This document shows, in pieces, positions 12,404-24,836 of a DNA stretch of 64,000 bases; within the stretch, counting starts at the first letter, position 1, and the number at the start of each line of letters is the position of its first letter. The translations under genes were made by a program, and so were the position numbers. Source of the DNA: Phoronis australis. Lineage: Eukaryota > Animalia > Phoronida. Below the pieces are notes generated by a model. That model made no database searches. It was not told the DNA's origin and was given only the letters and a program-made list of their open reading frames with translations. The stretch is taken from NCBI GenBank assembly GCA_002633005.1, contig NMRA01000036.1:570832-634831 (forward strand), read 5' to 3'.

Positions 12404-13066
12404 GAGATCTAGGGACCCGTTTTGCCAATAGTTAACACAGAAAATCAGAAAATCCGCCCAGGGTTAAAGCTTTGGATGACTGAACGCAAAACCTTTCCGG
12501 GCATATAGCACAATTTGACATTTGGCTTCCATGAATTGTCGTTTGCACTTAAAGTGTCAAATGGTCTTCATTTGAATCCTAGGAAACTGCAACCAAAGAA
12601 GAGTTTATTGCAACTACCAAACAAGAAATATTCAGCTGTGAAAAGCTTCTTCTTCTCAGACACATGACAAGTTGTTGTTGTCGTCTGCAATGAGAGTGGT
12701 TTAATGTGACATTCAAACACTAAGCGCTTTTCGAATACGTCAATATACCGCAGTTTCCCGCAGGCAAGCCAGACACATTTCGTAGACACGAGAACCTCGC
12801 GAAAATGTAGAATCTTCTCTAGATATCGCAATTTTTTACAAGCGAAGCACATGGCCCTACTACCTTAATCACTATATTGTTGCGTCTACGAAACTCAGCC
12901 CAGAGACAAGTATTCTGCAAACTGCATTTCATGGAAACCAAATGTCAAATTGGTAGGCCCCCTATGTACGCCCGGAAAGTTTTTGAGTTCCATCATACAA
13001 AGGTTAAACCCTGGGCGGATTTTCGGATTTTTTATTTACTGTTGGCAAAACGAGTCCCTACATCTC
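12404..13066. mobile_element. MITE with imperfect terminal inverted repeats of about 145 bp
   Basis: gagatctagggacccgttttgccaatag...aaatccgcccagggttaaa versus ttaaaccctgggcggattt...ctgttggcaaaacgagtccctacatctc. No clear TSD. Confidence 0.85.
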
Positions 13067-14854
13067 AGGTGAGTAAAATTTGACAAGAACTCAAAATCTT
13101 TTGATAACAGATAAGCGTTGATGCCATATGAAACTAGGGCGTCTGCAAACTTCGCCTAAAATTTGCCTTTGTGGAAACGGTTTTAGATGGGAGGGGTCAA
13201 ACATACCCACTCCGGCCAAACTGAGTGATTAGGGGCTTCAAGTCCCAATTAAACTGGCAGCTGCATGAGCTAATATTTATGTTGACCCAGTTTCCACACT
13301 CGCGTGTTTTCTTTAGCCTTTAAAAGACAGTTACGAAACGTGAGAATCGCCACTTTCTTAATTTCTATAACATACGAAGCATAAACAATGACTTCGTTCA
13401 AATGAAATGCGCAGTAATTCTCCTGAAAATCAATTTCCTGCCATTATCGCTAACATGGATGCATATCCAAACATCACCTCACCACTACAACCCCGTGTTT
13501 TCTATAAAAGGTTTTAGTGCAAACAAGAGCCAATCAGTGACTCCTTATGCAGGTAGTTTGGTTCAAAAATAGAATTTTTGTAAAAAATATTGAGGTGATC
13601 GGACGATTAAAATCGTTCAAGAAAATCGTTCCCGAATTAACTGAAGGACGTTAAGTGTGAAACGGGCACGAAAATTAATATACTAGCTCTAGCAGATCTC
13701 TTAAGAAACTTTATTGTGACAATTCGCAACTGCAAACCTATGCTTAAAGCGACACTAAGCCCGTGCTTTCTTTGATTTTGGACACTGATCGTTACAGAAA
13801 TGGTCTTATCTTGCTCCCCCGTTTCTTGCTCCCCTTTCTCTCTCCCGCTCCCTCCCCGTCTCCTTTCCTTCTCTCCCTCTACGTGGTTAACATTGATGCT
13901 AAAACAAGGCATTGTGTTTTTTAAGAATGGCCGGCATATCTGCCGCCTCATGTCAGATTACGACGAAAATCAATAGGTTTCGAGGTCACAAAATAGATGC
14001 TCCGTGCATATTTTACTTTAAACCGTGTTCACCTTACCTCCGTGACTGATAGGCCAACATGAGAATCAATGATAGAGAAAATGTCACCCACAACTAATAT
14101 TTTTGTAAGCGGGACAGGCTTTTCTTTTCATTTTTTAGCTTGTTACAAATTATTCTTCCGCGGTCGCAGGAAGCATGCTTTGTCTTTCTCCCATAATCAA
14201 AGGTCATTGTCTGACTTCAAGTAAAATAAGATATTATGGGAACATGACGCACCTGACATCAGGCTAAATTAGATATGATGGGAATATGACATATCATGAA
14301 AACCAAAATTCCGCAGTTTCATAATGTGCTGAACAAGCTTTGAAATGCCATTATTTGTTGAAAAGTTTTTCTGTCGGACTAGACATGTTAGAGGGTGTCA
14401 AAATTCCCTATTGTGATCAGGTGGAGTTGCAGCCGCTTATTTTTCAAATAAAAAGAGCAGTTTCATGTCTTGTGGAAAATTCTTCTCTCTTTCAGGATAT
14501 CGAATGATCGATTAGAGCTTATAACAGTTCCAATGTTTTATCAATTACTCATACGACCTACTTACGATTGTCAGACGGGCATGTGAATATTTGTGTTTTT
14601 TTAACACCGTTCAAATGTTAGATTAAAGCGATTTGAGAGATGTTGCACTAAACCACACCTGTTTACCTGTAACCAAAGTTTTGACAGTTCTGTTCAACCT
14701 CTAATGCATAATGTTTTATGCAAATGTGTTCGCAATTTGTGAGCTCCTACACCAAAACGTAAGCCCACCAATATAAAAGTTACACGACACAAAATTCAAC
14801 TATTATTAAAATCTCTTGGTCTATGTACACCGACCTCTTGTCTATTTTCAGTGT

Positions 14855-14896
14855 CACGACGTTTCGGTCGGTCTATTCCCCGGCCTTCGTCAGGTG
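14855..14896 (-). ncRNA. Minimal type I hammerhead ribozyme motif (PLE-type)
   Basis: The minus strand reads CAC-CUGACGA-A-GGCCGG-GGAAUAGA-CCGACC-GAAAC-GUC-GUG. It has an intact core, stem II with one mismatch, a palindromic ACGU stem III and a 3-bp stem I. Confidence 0.7.
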
Positions 14897-15165
14897 TTCC
14901 TGCGTTTATAGACGAACGAACACGGATATGTGGTACATTCAGCATGGTGTGATTTTTTGTCCAAGGCAATATATGAACCCACGAGTTCTGAAACTACAGA
15001 TGATTTGAGTTCAGTACCTTAACCAATGCACCACCGTGGTTAAGGTGCTGGACTCAAATTATCTGTAGTTTCAGAACTCGTGGGTTTATATCCTGCCTTG
15101 AACAAAAAATCACACCATAATGAGTGTACCACATATCCGTGCTCGTTATTCTAAGAACGCAGGAA

Positions 15166-15207
15166 CACCTGACGATGGCCGGAGAACAGACCGACCGAAT
15201 AGTCGTG
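15166..15207 (+). ncRNA. Degenerate second copy of the hammerhead motif
   Basis: CAC-CUGACGA-U-GGCCGG..CCGACC-GAAUA-GUC-GUG. GAAAC is mutated to GAAUA, so it is probably inactive. Confidence 0.5.
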
Positions 15208-18200
15208 GCAGTGTGAATGGACAAGAGGTTGGTGTAAATAGACCAAGAAATTTTTATAATAGTTGTAACACGCCATCACCTCAGAGCGGTTTTAGAAAGA
15301 CACAAAAATTTCACCCAACACCCGTTCCCGATAATGGCTAGCGGTTTTGTTAAGCTTCGTCCGCGCTATGTTCTAAGAGACGCAGACGCAGGCTTTTCGC
15401 CAGTTTCCGCGTCTGTTGTATAATAAAATAGTCTTCCACGGACCTTGCATCAACCCACTGTATTCAGTAGCATAAGTGCAAAGCTGTTTTGACGTTCAGT
15501 CCCACTCAACTAGTTAGCTGGCTAGCATAACGATCTTGAAGAATTCGAGAAGTTTTACCGAAAAACGAATGATGCATTTCAGATAACGCTCGTGGGGATC
15601 TAATCACACAAAATTTTAAGAAAATCGCTCAAGGGACAGCGGAGCTATGTGTTTACAGTGCAAAAATCTATGCACTTCGAGAAAGAAATTTCGCCAAATA
15701 AAGCAACAATAAAAATTATGACGGATTAACAACAGTGTGCGTGAAATTTTTTGTCGGTACGGTTAAATGTACATTAAGCAGAGAATCGCTCACCAACAAC
15801 AAAGTACAAAGTGCCCACACAGGCATAGTAAATGTCTTTCATGGCTTGCCCGCTCTCGCCGTCCATCTGCCACAATTACACTGTTAGTTGCCAGTCGCTC
15901 CCACAGCATCGATATATGACGAGCAAGTTGTTACTAGCTATTTATTGCTGCTTATCAGACGTGCGTGTTACTAAGGTAACAAGGTATGATGAACGTGTTG
16001 AGTCTAGCCAGCAACATGTAGACGTGCTAGACTAGAGAATTAAACGTTCTATTTCTATCGTCGTCAACAATGCTTTTAAGCACTTGAAAGTGATTTGTTT
16101 AATAATAATTTCCCCAGGGTACACAGTTTTGGACACTTACAATATTCAGATGAACTAACATAAACATACGATGAATTGAAATATTTAACAAAACATAGCT
16201 ACTTTTAAAATTACCATCATTTTCTTGAAAAACGGCAATGTGATTAAGTAAAGATCTGTTTAAATGTCCAATATTGGGCAGATTTGATGAGTAAATCTAC
16301 TTACACTAAATTTATTTTGTATTTCTTGAAAACCAGTTCAGGCGCATTTCCGAAAGGTATACAAATATGTTGTATGCTTTCTCGTTTAGGCTTGTAATAT
16401 TAGTGCTCCAAAAACGGAGATGAACTTATTTTGTACATTCGTGCAGTCTTGGCGGAACAGAGTCCTCGGGCAATCCAATGGATAAATTTTTTAACCAGCC
16501 CATTTGAAATGTACTTGAAGAATCTTGTTGTTCCCAAGACGAAATTTTGTCTCATGATGTGGTCCGTTTTGCCACCACATTGGAAACTACCGTGGAAGTT
16601 TAATGAAAGCCACTGTGTCTGTACAGTGAGGTTTGACTAGTGTTTTATGACTTGCAAGAAATTGAATAGTTTGGTTAGTTTTGTGTTGATAGACAATTTT
16701 ACTATTCTATAGTCAAGAATATGAAAAATGATGAAACAAATTTAAAAAGCAAAACGGAAGTCACCTTTTTACTCAGAAAAATAAAATTGATTCAAACAAC
16801 GCCATTTTTGACATGTTTTAAGTTTTTCATGGTTGCGAGACATTATGTTTAAATAGTGACTTTTTAAAGCATCTCATGCGTCTGTACTAATTTACACAAC
16901 AGACTTGAGACATGTCAGTATAGTTTTTCATTGAGAGGTATATTGGCTTCCCATTATTGTCAATAATCTGACATTTCAAAGAAAGGGACTTGCTTACTAT
17001 CAACTTCGTATCTCGTTTTCAGGACTAACCTTTAAACCAGGCCTTGGTGGGTGCAGTAGATGTGTATAGACCTGTAAGTTAGTTTGAGTCGTGTCTGTGA
17101 GGATGAGGAATATGCATCTTATCAGTTCAATTACCCGGTACTCAGTTTTTGGGAACATGTTATTTTGTTCATTTTCTCACAGTGTGGTCCTAAAACAGTA
17201 TTGATCCTACTTAGCCTTGTTTTCTGCGAATGGCGACGACATAGGCGTAGGTGACAGTAGTCTTGCTGTTAGGAGGGCTCATTTTAAAAATTATAATTTA
17301 AGCAATTAATCACTGAAAATGTGATTTTTATCATAATACAATCACCCCTTTTCAGGTGATGTCAGTAATAGTGTCCTCTTCCTAACACAATTATCATGGT
17401 TGTCAATAGTTTCGAAGTAATTAATTAAAATTGGGAAAGTTTTTAAAATTTCTACTGAAGAACAACACGCTTGGGTAACTAAGCAAAATCCCAATGACAT
17501 TTTTAGAACAAAAAATCCTATGTGAAAAATATCCTGCTGTCCTAAATATTGTGATTCCTGCCAATAATAAAATCCACAAAGCACAAGTTCAAGAAAATTG
17601 GATTTCGTTAAATCTTGTCTTCTGTGATGGGACGGTGGTTCATGTAGGTTCTAAACATAATTTGTTTTTATTCAGAAGCTGTCTCTTTATTTCCCAATTA
17701 GCTTAGTTGGGTGTTTCGGAGGAGGAGGAGCAGTTTGTGGAAGATGAATCGACCAGCTGTCCCAGATTGCCCGATATCACAGTATCAGTTTCTACATTTG
17801 ACAAAGGTAAAAGAGGCGAAATTGACAAGTCTGGAATATTTTTACCACAGCTTGCATGATCATTAAGTATGCCTTAATTGTGACTTTAGGTGGAATTAGC
17901 AAAAAGGAGATGGACTAGATTCTGATGGTGCTTTAAACGATGAGTTTGACAACGAAGAATTACTCCGAATTGACAAATACAAATATATTTGTTTCAAGAT
18001 ACGTACTTTTCAGGTTGGTGGCTATATTGTAGGGCTATCTGATTTTGACTCCGGAGTTTCACTCGTCTGGCCGCCTTTGTCTCGGCACGTGCTGGGTCCC
18101 AGCACTTGCCCTAGAGGTAGAAACCGGAAATTGTTGTTTTTAAGGACATTTTTGTTATTTTTCATTCATTTCGTCCAAATGGACATAGTTTTGTTTCGTA

Positions 18201-19439
18201 GCAAAAGTGGGGTGGATTTTTTTTTGTTATTCGTATACCCATAGGCTAGTGTTCATGTGAACTTCTCTTCAAATTTTACTGAACGCAAAGCCTTGACTGA
18301 GCTGTTGTCATGGAAAAAATAAACAGTTAAATTACATTTTGTTGAGAACCTCTACTTTACACTTCGCCTGTAGAGTTAAAGAGAGCTCATTTTATGATTT
18401 TCAAACATGATACTTGGACTTATGAATTTTTAAAAAAGAATTTGAGTTATTTTTGTTCTTAAAATAGCCAGTTTGCTACTACACCAGAATTCTTATCTCT
18501 TGTAACCACACCACAGGTTAGTGATCGTGCTATGTTTAAATTAACTGAAAGCTACCTTTATGCAATGAAAACACAAAAAATGTGAGGAGATAGGCCTAAT
18601 TTAAATGTCTTAATGGTGAATTACAGCCAATTCAGGGAGTTAATTTGACTTTGACACAGTCCAAGGCCTACCGGAGTTAACCGCTAGCCTAGGACAAGAT
18701 TAGTGTGTACCTGAGCTATATACCTGACTTTTTTTTAATCAAAATATTTCTCTAGATGATTATAAAAGCACAAACAGTGCTATTGACTCGACCTACTTTA
18801 CTTGGGGAATCTGATCTTGTGACTTAATACTTTGCATTTGGCGGAATTTAGCAGACGTCAGAATAAAAATATCAATGAAACTTCACTGATTTTTTTCAAA
18901 ATATCCTGAAATTTATGGCATCGCACAGATAATTACGACTACAAGGCATATACCCAGGTTTACATGAACATATCGCATCGGTGATCTTGTCATTCGCTGT
19001 TGAACGTGGACCGTGTGGGGTGCTTTGGATTTTCGCTGGCTCCCAAATACTCTTCCTCGAACACTTATATTTCCATCGTCGCATTTACAAACTCTAACAT
19101 CATGAACGTACTATTCTCTGCTGAAAAGCGTCGCCTGTTGTCTGTGTCGAAGCGTTTTCGGATAGTCCAAAACACTCATCGATTCTCTCAGGAACGTCGT
19201 TTAGCGACAGCGTAATTGTCTGCGACATCTTGTTTTTGTGTCAGGTGTCACGAGACTTTTCGCAAGGAGGCGGAGCATACGATAGGTCAATTGACGACAT
19301 ACGAGAAGGTGATAACAAGAAGAAATTTTAATTTTTTGATGCAAGATTTTGTCACACCATTTGTTTTCATGGATTACTTAATAAATATTCTGCCTAGTAT
19401 CTCCATAATGTGTTACACATTTTTATATATCCACATATT

Positions 19440-19650
19440 TATTTGTGGGTGCATATTACTGTCATCCCCATCCGTCTGTCTGTCTGTCTGTCTGTTCGTC
19501 TCATAAACCCTTTAAGCGACGTCCATGATATTTTGCAGACACATCTCTATTTTGAATGGGACGACATGACCATCTCTTAAATCCATGCTGTATGCTGTTA
19601 TGCGGTGCACACCGTGAGTGCATATCAGCATTTCGGGTTGCTCTTGAGTT
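19440..19650 (+). mobile_element. HINE/DINE-1-like element with (CTGT)n microsatellite
   Basis: gtgggtgcatatt, then ccgtctgtctgtctgtctgtctg, then a repeated gtgagtgcatat and a 3' hairpin agcatttcgggttgct. Confidence 0.55.
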
Positions 19651-20664
19651 CTTTGTATTCATATTTTCAATGTAAAGCCTTTAAGTTAACATAATTGATT
19701 CATATCCGTTTTGGAACTTTGTGGTCAATAAAAAGCCTTCTTCTTCAGTGCAAGGAGCTGAAACTCAGTGTGGCAAATTACAGTGCTTGTTTTAGCAAGG
19801 TTAAAACCTTATAAAAAGGCCAGAAGAGACCTGTTAAACGAATTTCGATAGAGTAGAGTGTCTTTTTTGGAAAATAAACCATTTTAATGTATCAACAATT
19901 TGGGCAAGCCACTGGCAGAAATAGGCCATAGTCACAGCTCTCCTGTCTTTCACCTCCGTGGCTACTTTTTGGGGGCAACGGGAACTTTGCATTAAACCCA
20001 TCAACAGGTGTTCAAAAGTCAATTTCAAAAAAGTTCTCAAGAATACACTTGCACGTTTAGTAATAATTTCAAAATTAAAAATTGGAAAAAATTAGCCTTA
20101 TGTAATATGTTAGCCACCAGGTGTCAGGGCAAAATTATCAGAATAGCCAATTAAATGCCAGGAAAATATTGTGTCCGTATCTTTCGTATACCCAAGTTGT
20201 CTGCTTCATGAAAGCATTCATCAGAGGACAGCCAACTGATGTTATCTTGTTGGCTTGGCTAACAAGTTTACAGCTACTGTCTTCAATGAAAATTGTTAGT
20301 TCTTGGATGGGTTTGCAAGTAATTGGCAATTACCAAGGGTCAAGGCTCATAAACCAGCAGGCAGTAGATTGGAATTGCGGAAAGCCAAGTCAGGTGGCAA
20401 GTGTCATCATACTGACATACATTCTTGGCATGTTCCCGAATCAACAGCAGTTTTGGGTCAGCTGAAACCATGAGAATTGAAATGATGTTGATATCTTATG
20501 TGTTTATCCAGTGTCTTCTTTGCTTGATTAAACTTTCTTCCATTCATGTTACCTCATTTAGGATCCACTATTAAGATGGATGCTTCAGATAAGAAGATTA
20601 TAAATAACGTAGAAAATAAATCTGAAACTAAATAAGGCGATCCAGATCCTCCCAAGGATACTAT

Positions 20665-21152
20665 TGTAAAAATCTAAAAAAATTATTTAGTTAAAGCTAA
20701 TATCGACAATATACACCAAACTGACAAACCTATTGGCAACACACAATGTAACAAAACTAGGTGTAAAATGTGTAACTTTATGAACGATATCACTTTTTTC
20801 CAGTCTTCCCAAACCAATGAAAACTTTGAAATAAAACATTATTCTGATTGCACCACCGACAATATTATTTACCTTGTAACTTGTAAAAAATGTTCTATCC
20901 AATACGTAGGACAAACTCAACACAATCTACAAACTCGGTTTCGTAATCATAGATTTAACATAATACATAAAAACATTTCTGATACTATAGGTAATCATTT
21001 CGATTCCAAAAAACATAATATTCAAGATCTTTCTGTACAAATAATAGAAAAACTCCAACAACTCCAGTACCCCTCACAGACTCAAAAGAGAACAATATTG
21101 GATAGACAAGCTCAATACAATAGAACCTTATGGATTGAACATAAAAACTTCT
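20665..21152 (+). pseudogene. GIY-YIG endonuclease region of a Penelope-like element (Neptune/Naiad type), frameshifted near 21070
   Basis: Linker knuckle CNKTRCKMC, then CTTDNIIYLVTCKKCSIQYVGQT..LQTRFRNHR..IGNHF..H..DLSVQIIE. A shifted frame gives RLKREQYWIDKLNTIEPYGLN. Confidence 0.9.
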
Positions 21153-21560
21153 TAAAATATATCATTGAATTTTTTACGCAAAAATGTATCATATTCATTA
21201 CACCATATCTTAAATGTCAATTGTTATATAGTGTTTGATTTTACCAAGTCTATAATCTATGATTTTACTTCATTTCTGTTTCTGTTTACAAAGGACGTTA
21301 TTACATTCGAAGATTTCAGTTGATCCATTCTTGTTGTTTTATTTACCTATTTATACGTATCATACGCAAACACTAACGGGATTCCGTCACAGCCAACAAT
21401 GGCGTGTATGATGTGGAAATTATATATGCGTGATAATTCACGTTCACGTCGCTTTGCGAAACCTCTCTAATAACGGCATAGTGATCGACGTTTCAGTGTA
21501 TTGTCTCTAAACCATTCTCAGTCAAAAGACAACAGTTGGCATATTGTGAACTTTTGTCTT

Positions 21561-21606
21561 TTGTCTTGAGAATGGTTTAGAGACAATAAACCGAAACGTC
21601 GGTCAA
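21561..21606 (+). ncRNA. PLE minimal hammerhead variant (U3/A8 core UUGAGAA), with an inverted degenerate twin at about 21483-21525
   Basis: UUGAGAA-U-GGUUUA-GAGACAA-UAAACC-GAAAC-GUC. Stem II is a perfect 6 bp and stem I is poorly preserved. Confidence 0.55.
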
Positions 21607-22089
21607 TATGTCGTTATTTACATATGCACTGATTTTAAAGTTCGAACGTGTTTGTTTCAATTTATAACATAGAAAATAAATCTGAAACTAAATAAGGCGA
21701 TCCAGATCCTCCCAAGGATACTATTGTTTCACGAAATGTAGAAAATAAATCGGTAAATAAAACAACAAGAATGGATCAACTGAAATTTGAAATTTTCGGA
21801 TGTAATAACTTCCTATGTCAACAGAAACAGAAATAAAGTAAAATCAAATACTATATGACAATTGACATATAAGATATGGTGCAACGAGTATGATACATTT
21901 TTGCGTAAAAAATGAATGACATATTTGAAGAAGTTTTTACGTTCAATCCATAAGGTTCTATTGTATTGAGCTTGTCTATCCAATATTGTTCTCTTTTGAG
22001 TCTGTGAGGGGTACTGGGGTGTTGGAGTAACCTCAACTTAAACGCCGACAAAAGTTGACAAAACACTATCTTATTGTGATAAGGGTTTG

Positions 22090-23240
22090 ACGTACAGTGT
22101 ATTCACAAGACTTCGTTGGTGACAATGTTGTAACGCATTTGTACTTGGAGGTGAACAAATTTGTCAGTGCTTCAGGGATATACTTGAGATCGTAATGGAT
22201 CTTGAAGACTTCGGAAAGTCATTGATCAACTATGTAGTAACGCTTTTCGAGATTAAAAACGTGGTTACGATCAACCATGGGACAATACAGATTCAGGAAC
22301 ATAAGGATTCTGAACAGACACAAAGAACGGTCGGATTAAATTAACCTCCTAGACATTTGTAACATGTTTGCAATCAACGTATGCCAAACATACCTTTTGT
22401 CTTCTTGTTTGTTATAGAGCCGGGTAACCTGGACAGTTTCTAACACGTTTAATTGCAAGCGTAAACGACAACTAACAAAATAACTTTGGAAAAGTTTTGC
22501 TCTGTTGAATACTCATTCTCAGTTATGTCAAATAATAAACACGTATGTCAATTACCGTGTGTCTCGTTTTCGTTTTATCTTAATTTCTTGCACTAAATAC
22601 ACCAGATAACTATACCGGGAGAGGGTACTTGAGCATTTTTTGGACGAAGGTGCCGCTCTGAAAATTAAGATACCGGCTACTCATTTTCCCAGTTTTGTTT
22701 TAAAAATTCAAAAAGAAACCTTTATAGAGAGTATTTTGTTGACAATGGCACCCTTTTGGGCGCTTCGCCCACAACTCTTTTTCTATGGGAGTGCCCATCT
22801 CCCGTCTCAGTGGCGGAGGCTTACAGCATCGGAAATTAGCCTTTCAATCATGTCAGTGCTGCGCTGCCCATGAATCGTATTAATCTGGCAAACACAACTT
22901 TTTGAAATTGGAGTTTTGTTATTGTCTTTTGGCTTGATGTAAATCCAAAAAGGACAATTAGTTGCGTCAAAAGTCTCTTTTTGACAAACGAAAAATCAGC
23001 TTTGTCGCCAAGTCGTTTCACAAGTCGGTTAACACTATTCGGTCCATCTTCCCATCAGTGAAAGGTCTGTCACCACCCTGGAGAGGTATGGTGTGATTTA
23101 CGAATATAAGCGTGTGAGTACTGACAACTATATCGGTGAAACGGGTCGCCAGTTATCGACCAAAGTTAAGGATCATCGCAACCCCAAACTCAGACCCATA
23201 ACTACGTGCAGGAACATGCCAGAGATCTACATCACCAGGT
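22090..23240 (+). mobile_element. Old, interrupted Penelope/Poseidon-type relic (RT thumb to GIY-YIG)
   Basis: SLVTML*RICT..RNG at about 22110-22200 resembles the thumb motif RICS..NGYP. TLERYGVIYEYK..NYIGETGRQLSTKVKDH lies at about 23070-23180. Confidence 0.7.
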
Positions 23241-23330
23241 CTCTGGTGAGGATTTCAGTACATGAGTTTACATCCAGATAAGTGGAAGCGTAGGATACGG
23301 GAGGCCAAGTTTGAACAGAGGTCCTGGACT

Positions 23331-23470
23331 TGTACTCGGACCTGCTACGGAGTTCCTCCACGACATTAGAGAATCCCCTTGGTGTTTTTATTGTTTTCAT
23401 TCCACAACGAAAGAGGGTGCATCTAGTGGTGAACCAAGTCCGTAAGATATGGAACAAACGGCTGTACACC
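23331..23470 (+). repeat. Dispersed repeat, second copy at 36957-37072
   Basis: Both copies share tgtactcggacc..gaatccc.ttggtgtt.ttattg.ttt.attccacaacgaaagaggg.gca.ct..gaaccaa. Confidence 0.8.
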
Positions 23471-24836
23471 GACAACCTCATGGTACGGCTTTTCGGTTCC
23501 AAAAGGTATCTTCATTTAATATTTTCATGGTTTAAATAGAACGCAGGAATATATACATAGTCTCAAGCTGATATCTCATTTTTATTCAAAATTATGGTTT
23601 CATTAACTGAGCAATTGTCAGGATATTTAAAAATATTTGCTCAAATAAATCCATCCATCCTAGTTTTCTAGCCCGGGGGTTGTCCCATAGGAGGGGCTGG
23701 TGGGGATAAGCCGCCAAGTGCCCTGTCATTTATCGTATCTTGTCAGTATTTCGGCTTCATGGTATCACTGTGGGTGGGTAAGAGAAAGAAATGAGAGATT
23801 TCGTCATTTGGTAAGGATATTCATTTTTCCAGTCACTTGGATATTACATTGGTCTGGATTTTGAATGTGCCACCCCCTACCCATTATACGGAAGAGAACC
23901 CCTGGTAAAGAAACATCATTCATCTCTTGCGACATCACGGTCTATTTACGCAAGAAGTACGTTTAATCACAGAGAATTTAAACGAAGCTGCAGTCTTGGA
24001 ATGTTTCAATCGACCACCGACACGCAATAGAAGATTTCCGTCAACAAACAGGTCTAGATTACAAACTGTTCTCAAGGTTATTTCAAACCTTATTTAGTGG
24101 TCTCCATTCTAACTCGTATATCAAAAAACTAAACTTTCTCAAACAGTAAAAGTATATATTTTCTGAAAGGAAAGAGATCAGAAATTATAAAAATGGTTTT
24201 TTATTTATGTACCATTATTATTTTTACGTAAAAACCCTTTTAAGTCAAAATTTCATTTTTAGGAAAGGTACATTCATAGCAAAATAACATATCTGTCGAT
24301 TTTAATGAAACCTTTTTAAATGAAAACTGCACCAGTTACCTCAAACATGCTGTTAGGAATTTCGATTAGTCTGTTCGTTTGGTTTCTGTGACAAAATAAC
24401 TCCCAAAACGTAAGGTATTTTTTGTGAAACATTGAAGTCGTATTCGTCTTTGTTACAATACGCCAAAACTAGGCCTTTATATCAAAAATCCAACAGTGTT
24501 TTTGAGATTGATAACTAAATATTAAGTTTGGAAAGGTTAAGCGAAATCCACCGAGCCGTTTCCGAGAACTCGTGTTCCTAGGTTCAAATAAAGTCGATCT
24601 GCCGAAGCCGAGAAAATGCCGATTAAACTGGGACGAGTGAAAATCTCAGTCTTCGGTTAATTATTCGGTGAAAACTTGTTTTTGGTACACATAACCGAAA
24701 CAAGCCTTAGCTATGTTAGCTATTTCAACATTCACTCGCAATGTCAACTGATTTTGCAGTGCGTAGTTAACTTAATTATCATTAAAACGTACCGTTCCCA
24801 GCCAACTGTTACTGTTGTTTCCGACCTATATTTTAA

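Larger units (their letters stand above)
14797..15265. mobile_element. Head-to-head palindrome of two copies of a tRNA-headed short retroelement with a Penelope-type tail
   Basis: Arms 14797-15025 and 15037-15265 are diverged reverse complements around an 11-nt loop. Each starts TGGTTAAGG.(C)TG.ACTCAAAT...CGTGGGTT(C/T)ATAT and contains CTGACGA...CCGAA(A)..GTC. Confidence 0.85.
20604..22030 (+). mobile_element. Rearranged 5'-truncated Penelope-like insertion with inverted and direct duplications
   Basis: 21052-21347 is repeated inverted at 21753-22028, 20605-20667 is repeated directly at 21666-21727, and there is a palindromic pLTR at 21469-21618. Confidence 0.85.

Noticed and set aside
14965-15100. 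Functional tRNA-Leu genes
   Set aside because: The B boxes are degenerate, no acceptor stem or terminator is evident, and the sequence continues into a repeat body. It is tRNA-derived only.
17023-17073. Candidate plus-strand exon with good splice signals (ttttcag / gtaagt)
   Set aside because: It has stop codons in all three frames and no supporting neighbours.
18014-18116. Candidate coding exon (VGGYIVGLSDFDSGVSLVWPPLSRHVLGPSTCPR)
   Set aside because: The donor is weak, there is no recognisable domain, and it cannot be linked into a gene model.
20665-21470. Selenoprotein-type (UGA/SECIS) Naiad element
   Set aside because: There is no in-frame TGA at the conserved cysteine positions, and I could not identify a SECIS-like hairpin.
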